Virus record (IMG/VR): IMGVR_UViG_3300030049_000007
Origin: a virus
Reading direction: 5' to 3' (one strand)
Length of the DNA: 64,000 nt
The position numbers and the translations under genes were made by a program. Under the pieces are notes generated by a model that was given only the letters and a program-made list of their open reading frames with translations, did no database searches and had not been told where the DNA came from. Positions 56,945 to 64,000 of the stretch are shown here, piece after piece (the first letter of the stretch is position 1; every line of letters starts with the position of its first letter).

Positions 56945-58764
56945 ACCTTCGCCTTTTCGGGAGTAGATTTTGGACCTTTAACTTCAGGTAATGGATCTGC
57001 TGAAACCCCATTTAATTCTGCCATAACTTTCATATAAACTTCTGGATCTTTAGCTTGCAAATTTCTTAATTCTTTTTGTCTATCAGCATAAGATAAATCT
57101 TTAAATTTATTCACAAATCCACGAGTAGTTGTAGCCATAAATCCATCACCTATATTAGATTGAGCAGATTGAGTTTCTTGACCTTGTAATAATTGTGTTC
57201 TTAAATTAACATCAACTTGACCTTCATTAGTAACTTGAGAAACTTCTTTATTAACTTCAGCAGCAGCCAATTGTCTAGCTGCTTGAATTCTCTCAAGGAA
57301 GGGTTTATCATCTTCCATTTGCTTAGCTTCATCGGCAATATTAATACCAACTTGAGCCAAAGCTGTACTTTCACTAATACGACCCTGCGCACCAAGATTT
57401 GAAAGCATTTGAATTTGCTGAATATCATCAGCCATTTTAAATGGTTTAAGTTTAACACTACTTGGAGCTTGCTTATTGGTCATACGTGCTAAATAACGTA
57501 CTAAAAATCTAATAAATGTATTTTGTTTATTAATATAATATAAAAATAAATTCTCTAACATACGTAAAGAAATATTAGATCCGCTCCAAGTCATACCACC
57601 ATAAATTAATTCTGGTGGAATTCCTAATTGAGTAAGAATTCTACGATCCTGTAATTCAATTTCTTCCCGTAAAGACATAGCTTTTCCTTGGCCACCCAAA
57701 GCCTGATAGCCAACAGGAAAAGGAACAACTCCAATTTCATTGGGATCATTTTGCTGTCTCTTTAATTGAGTAGCTACAATACCCATCCATGCAGCACCAT
57801 CAATTTTACTTAACGGATCAGTGCCACTAGACGACGTTGGAAATATAAATCTATTAGGAAGAAAATGATCTGAAGCAATACATTCCTGAGCCTTACGTAA
57901 AATAAAACTCATAAATAAATCGTTCCATGCTGAGAAGAAAAATGGTTTTGATAATCCTTCCCATTCTGGTTCTGTAATGCCTTCATGCTGATAATGAAAA
58001 GTTAATTCAGCAGGTAATTCTATTACTGGATTAATTGGATTTTGTTTGCAAGCTAATATGAAAGTTTCTGGAACATTAGCTACTACAAATTTATCACCCT
58101 TCATAATTGGTTTAGAATATTTATCTTCGATACGATAATAAATTTTCTTTTTACCAGCAATACCTAAATCTCTTACTTTAATAAACTGAACAGGCCATCT
58201 CTGAATTCTAATATTTTTAATGAATTCATCGCCTTCTAACAATTCATCTTTAACCTTCATTACACCTTGAAATTTACAATTTTTATTAGAACATTTAGCT
58301 AGAAATTTATAATCCCTAAATTGCCATTCAAATTTACGATCTTCATCAGTAATACAATGTGCTTTATAAGTATTACAATCAGGACAAGCTAAATAACGTT
58401 TAAATGGAGGAACTATAGATACTATAGCATTTCCAAAAGTATAATAATCTTTTCCATTTTTAACTAATTCATCTTGAATACATAATTCATCATTAAGTAA
58501 TTTAGACCAATAATTTTTATCTTCTCCAATATCATTATCTACTACCACGGGAGTAATAGGATATCGTGACATAGTATCGGTAATACGATCTAAAAGACCA
58601 GAAGATTCGTTTAAAACAATAGCCCATTTAAAAATTTCATTTAAAGTCTTTGGTCTTTGAAGATGTAATAAATTATAAAATCTTTGAGGATACTGCAAGC
58701 CGTTCATTGGATAACGACGACCAGTCTCCGGTGCTACTACTGATGTTGTAGATACATTAGTCAT
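56941..58764 (-). CDS. Portal protein
   Basis: 607 aa; DYYTFGNAIV, ILTQLGIPPELIYGG, ISESTAL; Gln-rich C-terminus. Confidence 0.72.
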   Translation of the reverse strand: MTNVSTTSVVAPETGRRYPMNGLQYPQRFYNLLHLQRPKTLNEIFKWAIVLNESSGLLDRITDTMSRYPITPVVVDNDIGEDKNYWSKLLNDELCIQDELVKNGKDYYTFGNAIVSIVPPFKRYLACPDCNTYKAHCITDEDRKFEWQFRDYKFLAKCSNKNCKFQGVMKVKDELLEGDEFIKNIRIQRWPVQFIKVRDLGIAGKKKIYYRIEDKYSKPIMKGDKFVVANVPETFILACKQNPINPVIELPAELTFHYQHEGITEPEWEGLSKPFFFSAWNDLFMSFILRKAQECIASDHFLPNRFIFPTSSSGTDPLSKIDGAAWMGIVATQLKRQQNDPNEIGVVPFPVGYQALGGQGKAMSLREEIELQDRRILTQLGIPPELIYGGMTWSGSNISLRMLENLFLYYINKQNTFIRFLVRYLARMTNKQAPSSVKLKPFKMADDIQQIQMLSNLGAQGRISESTALAQVGINIADEAKQMEDDKPFLERIQAARQLAAAEVNKEVSQVTNEGQVDVNLRTQLLQGQETQSAQSNIGDGFMATTTRGFVNKFKDLSYADRQKELRNLQAKDPEVYMKVMAELNGVSADPLPEVKGPKSTPEKAKV

Positions 58765-59185
58765 TTAAATATCTTTCAACAGCCTTATGTTTTAAATCTT
58801 GCATTTTTTGTTGATCTATATCTAATTTAACTTCGTTTGATATTTCATCTAATTCATCTTGTGCGAATTTTAAAATATCAGGAAGTTGGCACCAACCTTC
58901 TTCAAAAGCAATTTCTGCTATATACTTCTTTACTTCACGATGCCAGTTCTGTTCACCTAATAGTTTAACAGCTTTAGCTATGTGAAGTATAGTAGAAGGT
59001 TCGAGAATATCTATGTTGGGTTTAAATCCATTTAGTACATAAACTAATTTTTCAAAAGTAAATACATTACCTAATATTCCAGGGTTGGATTTAAGTGCTT
59101 GAAGTGCAAAAATCTTTTCAAGCTGATTTTCATATAACCGGCCATCATTAAGTAAGACGATTGTGTCATTCTCTAAGTTATTCAT
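58757..59185 (-). CDS. Hypothetical protein
   Basis: 142-aa ORF coupled to the portal gene. Confidence 0.6.
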   Translation of the reverse strand: MNNLENDTIVLLNDGRLYENQLEKIFALQALKSNPGILGNVFTFEKLVYVLNGFKPNIDILEPSTILHIAKAVKLLGEQNWHREVKKYIAEIAFEEGWCQLPDILKFAQDELDEISNEVKLDIDQQKMQDLKHKAVERYLND

Positions 59186-60104
59186 TTATCTTACGAATCA
59201 CAATTACACGAATGTTAGGATTAATTTCACGTAAAGCATCCACTGGATTACTCTTTAATTTGTCCAAGACTTTATCTTCAAGAATATCTTTTAAAGAATT
59301 AAAGTCAAATTTATTTATTTTATGTAAAGGAAGTGATTCTTCTCCAATATTAACATTTTCATTAGCGTTAGTTTCAAATGGAGTCAATAAACCAGCGTAA
59401 GGATCTTCCAATTCGTTATCATAAAATTTATGTAAACCAGTTCTATGATCGAATATACCTAAAGCTTTAGCTACTAATTCTGGAATATGTGATTCTGATT
59501 CTTCCTGCATTTTAAGTAAGTGAGTCCGTTCTGGAGCATCGCTTTTAAAATATTTCATACGATCGGCAAATGCATGTCCATAATTTTTCTTAAAGTGATC
59601 GCCAGCATATCTATATACTGAATCATGCAAAGAAGACTGTTTACCTAACGAATGAGCATGATGTAAAATTTCTTTAGCCTTCTCCCTACGTTCCTCTATA
59701 GGATATCGTTTATGATTATCAATAAATTTGTTTAATTCAATAGATAAAGAATGTAAAGCATCTAAATCATCTTCCTCAGAAGCAGTTTTGGAAAATTCAA
59801 CTTCTGGTAATTCAAAAGTTTTATAAGCATCACTAATTCGATCTCTAATTTCAGAAACTTCACGTTCGTCAAATTCATGTGCAAATTTTTCAAAATAAGC
59901 ATTACTAAACCATGTATGTTCAGGAGTATGAATTGGAAAATATCTATTAATACCATCAGAGTAAGCAAAACAACCATCTGCTAATTTTTCTAAATTTTCA
60001 GATACAATATTATCTTCTGCTACCTTAATAAACTCTGGCATTGCTTCATTAATAGCACCAATTCTATATCTACCTAATTGATCATGAATATGGTCAGTAA
60101 ACAT
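59178..60104 (-). CDS. Hypothetical virion protein with K-x-A motifs
   Basis: IKVAE, EKLAD, EKFAH, SKTAS. Confidence 0.6.
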   Translation of the reverse strand: MFTDHIHDQLGRYRIGAINEAMPEFIKVAEDNIVSENLEKLADGCFAYSDGINRYFPIHTPEHTWFSNAYFEKFAHEFDEREVSEIRDRISDAYKTFELPEVEFSKTASEEDDLDALHSLSIELNKFIDNHKRYPIEERREKAKEILHHAHSLGKQSSLHDSVYRYAGDHFKKNYGHAFADRMKYFKSDAPERTHLLKMQEESESHIPELVAKALGIFDHRTGLHKFYDNELEDPYAGLLTPFETNANENVNIGEESLPLHKINKFDFNSLKDILEDKVLDKLKSNPVDALREINPNIRVIVIRKINE

Positions 60105-60114
60105 TTTATGTCCT

Positions 60115-61290
60115 TTACAGAGAAACTACCGCTAAATCAAAACCATCATAAACTGGAGCGTTATATTGATTAGTATTAGTTGTATCTAATTTAACACTTA
60201 TAATATCACCAGCATTTACATAAATAGGTGAACTTACTTGAATTCTAGGTTCTAAGGTCATATTCGTATTATCTGTATCTATTGAAATTTGAGTAGATTG
60301 AATGTATATAGAATTAATCTGTATACTAACCTTAATAGTTAAAAGACCAGAGTAATGTTTGGATAAGTTAATTCCAACACTTCCAAATGCTATACCTAAG
60401 AAACTTTTAACGGCCACAAAACCATTTGAAGTAACTGTTATATATTCTCCAGAATTAGCACTTTTTGATATAGATCCATCTAAATATATTGTACTATTTG
60501 TCAATCTTGCATAAAATTTATCAGTAGCAGTGGCAATAGCATTTGTTACATAATTTACATTTACAATATTATCGCCATTAGAAACTATACCATCATATCT
60601 AACATCTGTATTAGCGCCAAATGCCCATGTTAAATAATTAAAAGTATATGAATATTCAGATCCAAGGGTACCAGCTACTGAATCTCCATTACGTTGAATA
60701 GCATTCTGGGCTCGTACCATTACTGGATTAACTGATTTTTGAACAAATGATATATTTACAATATCATTTGGTTGAGACATTCTACCATAATGTTGAAATG
60801 TACTACCTTGAATTACTGAACCATTAAAAATATTACCATTTAAAATACCAAAATTAAAATCACCAGTTAGTACTTCTTTAGTGGCATTTTTTACTATAGC
60901 ATAAATAACATTAGAGTAAGATCCAGTTAATGCTGGACTTACTGTAATAACCGTATCACTAGTGACTGCTGTAATATAAGTAGTTTCAGAACCTATTCTA
61001 ATTCCGTTTCCAGTTTGAGTTTCGGCTGTAAATAAAGTACCAGTTCCAGTAACCGTAACTCCATCAGTTGAAACAGAACTAATAATACCAGATCCTACTT
61101 TAGTCACCACGGTAGAACCATCTTGCATGGCTGACGTAAGATCTACTTTCTCACTTAAGGCTTCATATATAGCTGTTATATTTTCTTTAATATTAGAAAC
61201 TTGACTACATAAAAAATGCAATTGATCCATTGCAGATTTTATATCGCCAATCTTAATTTTTTCTATAGCTGATATTGACTTTAAATCCAT
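60115..61290 (-). CDS. Tail fibre/spike-like structural protein
   Basis: VTGTGTLFT module; repeated DIVNISFV/NIVNVNYV; beta-rich C-terminus. Confidence 0.55.
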   Translation of the reverse strand: MDLKSISAIEKIKIGDIKSAMDQLHFLCSQVSNIKENITAIYEALSEKVDLTSAMQDGSTVVTKVGSGIISSVSTDGVTVTGTGTLFTAETQTGNGIRIGSETTYITAVTSDTVITVSPALTGSYSNVIYAIVKNATKEVLTGDFNFGILNGNIFNGSVIQGSTFQHYGRMSQPNDIVNISFVQKSVNPVMVRAQNAIQRNGDSVAGTLGSEYSYTFNYLTWAFGANTDVRYDGIVSNGDNIVNVNYVTNAIATATDKFYARLTNSTIYLDGSISKSANSGEYITVTSNGFVAVKSFLGIAFGSVGINLSKHYSGLLTIKVSIQINSIYIQSTQISIDTDNTNMTLEPRIQVSSPIYVNAGDIISVKLDTTNTNQYNAPVYDGFDLAVVSL

Positions 61291-61328
61291 GTTTTCGCTC
61301 TAAGCATATTGTAGCACTAAATTTTTAC

Positions 61329-62330
61329 TTACACAAGCTTTTTGATTGTGATGTATCTAGGATATCCTATTGTACGAGTGTCGTTTCCAACAACTTCCAT
61401 AATATTACTAGTTGCAGTTAATGATACGTTAGTACTAGTAATATCAAAAATCGTATTAGAATAAATAGGTAAACTATTTAAAGTAAATACTATTGTAGAA
61501 TATCCAGTATAAGCAATTGGATATATACCACTATAATAAGAATAACCTACTATTTCATAAGTTCCCGTATTATTGAAAGTTATATTTCCATTACCTAATA
61601 TAGTAACCCAACTTGTAGATCCGGAAGTTGATAATGTAGTTACTGTAGTTCCGTCTACTGAAACTGATATATATCCAGCATATGGAGAAGTTCCAGCAGC
61701 ACCTTGAGGAATAGTAAAATTTAATACTGCTGCACTAGAAGATCCTGAATTAGTAATAATAACACTAGATCCTGCTGCACCAGTAGTTACAGTTCCTAAA
61801 GCTACCGTTGCTGCTGCACCATTTGTACCTTGAGGAATAGCAAAATTGAACACAGCCGCATTCGAAGTACCTGAATTAGTAACTGTTACCGAAGACCCAG
61901 CACTTAAAGTTGTTACGGTACCAATTCCAATAGTTGCCGCTGCACCAGGATCTCCTGCATACACTGTATTACTATTACTTAAATAATTAACCATTGTCTG
62001 GAAATTAACAACTTCAGTACCATCCGATTGATCAAATGGTAATGTTTTTAAATATTGTAATGTACAACCAGAATTAAAAACAAATTGTCTTACTTCCGTG
62101 TCTGTAGTATCTGAATTTCCAAAAGTTGTAGATATACTTATAATTTGAGATAAACGACTATCGGTCTCTTGATTAATGACTGAATAAGTATTAAATTTTG
62201 ATAATAAATCTGCATATAAAAGATATGTAGATTCAGCAGAAGTATTAACGAATCTAACTGCATCGTAAATAGCTTTATAATATAATGTATTATTATCAAA
62301 ACTTTTTATATCTGTCATGCTATTGTCCAT
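61329..62330 (-). CDS. Tail fibre-like protein with 42-aa repeats
   Basis: Two copies of GAAAT...GTVTT..AGSSV..TNSG.S.AAV.NF.IPQG. Confidence 0.65.
   Translation of the reverse strand: MDNSMTDIKSFDNNTLYYKAIYDAVRFVNTSAESTYLLYADLLSKFNTYSVINQETDSRLSQIISISTTFGNSDTTDTEVRQFVFNSGCTLQYLKTLPFDQSDGTEVVNFQTMVNYLSNSNTVYAGDPGAAATIGIGTVTTLSAGSSVTVTNSGTSNAAVFNFAIPQGTNGAAATVALGTVTTGAAGSSVIITNSGSSSAAVLNFTIPQGAAGTSPYAGYISVSVDGTTVTTLSTSGSTSWVTILGNGNITFNNTGTYEIVGYSYYSGIYPIAYTGYSTIVFTLNSLPIYSNTIFDITSTNVSLTATSNIMEVVGNDTRTIGYPRYITIKKLV
61702..61950 (-). repeat. Imperfect 126-nt tandem repeat (2 units) in the fibre gene
   Basis: CCTTGAGGAATAG at 61702 and 61828. Confidence 0.7.
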
Positions 62331-63304
62331 CCAGTTATAGTATTTGTCTGATAATATTTATAATCAGATAAAATATTATCAGGATCAGTAGCTATAACAT
62401 CTGAAGATAAAGTGCTATTATAATCTAAAAGATAAGGTATACTATAAATAGTAGGAGTTAAAGATCTATTTAATGTGATTGTTCCTAAATTATAAACAAG
62501 ATTACCAGAACCATCTATAGCATTTACTGTAAAACCACTAATTAAACTAACCGTTTCTGTGGTTAAAGTTGTATAAATTCCACTTCTTAATTGCAATCTA
62601 TTTAGTGTATAATTTGCATAAGTATAGGAAATAATAATATTCTGAGTTCTTGGTCTAGAAGTATTTCCGTATGTTGTAGTGATTGTTGCTACTTGACCGC
62701 TAGTATTATAAGTTACTGTAGAAGTAGATGATTCATAACTAGAACCTGCTGCTATAGCAAAATCAATAATATCATTCAGATATTTTTCTTTATATGAATA
62801 ATATTTAATATAATTATAAGCTTGATTTAAACCTGTTAATGCAGATTGAAGTAATGATCTTAATTTATTATTTAAAGGAAGTGAACTAAGGCTTGACTTA
62901 TTATCTAAGTCTGCTACTAATAAAGAAGAGTTTGTAGTATTAGTCCAATTAGTATCACTATAATTATTTGCATAATTTACTATTACTGACAATGTATAAG
63001 TGCTAGCATCAGCACCAGTAATGGTTAACGTATAGGTGTTACCAAAATGAACACTAGTAATTGGTTGATTAAATGTTAAAGTTAATACACAAACTTTACC
63101 ATCTATACTAGTTGCTAATATTGGCGTAAATGGTAAAGTGGTATCAGTATTAGCAGATACCGTTACTGTAAAAGAAGTTAAAGCGGTAGAATTACTTCTT
63201 TGATCTATAGTTAAATTACTAGTAAGAGTATTATTACTACTTCCACCAATAGTTAAACCAGAAGCATCTAATAATAAACCAGTTTCTAAGAAAGCTAAGG
63301 ACAT
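62315..63304 (-). CDS. Thr/Ser-rich structural protein
   Basis: 329 aa, beta-rich, in the tail/baseplate region. Confidence 0.55.
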   Translation of the reverse strand: MSLAFLETGLLLDASGLTIGGSSNNTLTSNLTIDQRSNSTALTSFTVTVSANTDTTLPFTPILATSIDGKVCVLTLTFNQPITSVHFGNTYTLTITGADASTYTLSVIVNYANNYSDTNWTNTTNSSLLVADLDNKSSLSSLPLNNKLRSLLQSALTGLNQAYNYIKYYSYKEKYLNDIIDFAIAAGSSYESSTSTVTYNTSGQVATITTTYGNTSRPRTQNIIISYTYANYTLNRLQLRSGIYTTLTTETVSLISGFTVNAIDGSGNLVYNLGTITLNRSLTPTIYSIPYLLDYNSTLSSDVIATDPDNILSDYKYYQTNTITGWTIA

Positions 63305-63331
63305 ACTTCAATCTCCACATAATAATCAGAT

Positions 63332-63718
63332 TTATCGTCTATTTCTGTGTACATAGTATCCAGATCCTTCTAAGTAAAATTCAGTAATAAGAAATCTAGT
63401 TACTTCTTCATTTTTCATAATTCCAAATAATTCAAGATTTCTAATTCTTTCCTCATATGAAGGATTGAGTGTCATGTTAGCTGTATCTTCTTTTTTAAAT
63501 TTAACTTCGATAATATAATTAGAATATTTATCTGGATTATCTGAAAATACTTTAATATCATTTGTGCTAAATTTTTTCTCTATTAAAACAGTTCCGTAAC
63601 CTTCAGTTACAGCACAAATAAATTCGTTATATACGGTTAAGTCAATAGGATTTTTTTGTAAAATATTATCATATACTTTAAATCTAACTGACTTATCAGT
63701 TCCTTTAATTAATATCAT
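63332..63718 (-). CDS. BppU-like Ig-fold structural protein
   Basis: IKGTD..VRF.V....PIDLT...F.KEDT pattern. Confidence 0.45.
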   Translation of the reverse strand: MILIKGTDKSVRFKVYDNILQKNPIDLTVYNEFICAVTEGYGTVLIEKKFSTNDIKVFSDNPDKYSNYIIEVKFKKEDTANMTLNPSYEERIRNLELFGIMKNEEVTRFLITEFYLEGSGYYVHRNRR

Positions 63719-63719
63719 A

Positions 63720-63935
63720 TTAATATCTCGGAAGTAATCTTTTTAAAGTTACTAAGAAATTATCAAATTTAGAAAAATCACTAGTAGAGTATTTATGCAA
63801 TAATTTCTTGTTTAATTCTTCTTCTATCTCAAAGTTGAAATTAAACTTTCCATCATTGGTTCTAGTGGGCGTATCTAATAGTTTATAATCTTTTAGCATT
63901 AGATATGCGGCATATCCTAAATTTGATACAATCAT
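63720..63935 (-). CDS. DUF5659-like small protein
   Basis: SNLGYAAYL...FNF pattern. Confidence 0.45.
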   Translation of the reverse strand: MIVSNLGYAAYLMLKDYKLLDTPTRTNDGKFNFNFEIEEELNKKLLHKYSTSDFSKFDNFLVTLKRLLPRY

Positions 63936-64000
63936 GATATCACCTACGATGGATTATATATTATGTATTTAGAAGTTAAAGGTTTAAATCTATTTAAAAA

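Noticed and set aside
1-64000. tRNA or rRNA genes
   Set aside because: No cloverleaf or T-loop signatures noticed in the short intergenic gaps; tRNAscan-SE would be needed to exclude them

Overview
AT-rich (roughly 30% GC by eye) segment of a large tailed phage genome with a probably contractile tail, read in standard code 11. 1-6 kb: the C-terminal part of a bacterial-type RNA polymerase, whose frame is open from base 1 and joins an RpoB C-terminus to an RpoC-like body, followed by two unknown genes. 6-9 kb: a class II ribonucleotide reductase split into two genes, with a mini-intein. 9-39 kb, mostly minus strand: accessory and replication genes (metallophosphoesterase, ATP-dependent ligase, three winged-helix paralogues, ThyX-like, RNase H, DnaQ-like exonuclease, sliding clamp, Cas4/RecB-like nuclease, RecD-like helicase, transglycosylase, Rad50-like ATPase, primase-helicase, SNF2 helicase). 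This block includes a TnpB-only IS200/IS605 element inserted in a DUF2829/Tad2-like gene. 40-51 kb, plus strand: terminase and head module (prohead protease, scaffolds, major capsid protein). 51-64 kb, minus strand: tail, neck, portal and fibre genes, with a two-gene tail sheath. The strongest unexplained pattern is a dense hydrophobic-x-K-x-A motif across head-module proteins. It comes with a shared MS(L/I)(I/V)KLA leader on four basic proteins, most of which carry Gly/Ala-rich hydrophobic segments. I infer a protease-maturation and capsid-targeting system that delivers membrane-active peptides. All calls come from motif recognition by eye; no database searches were run.
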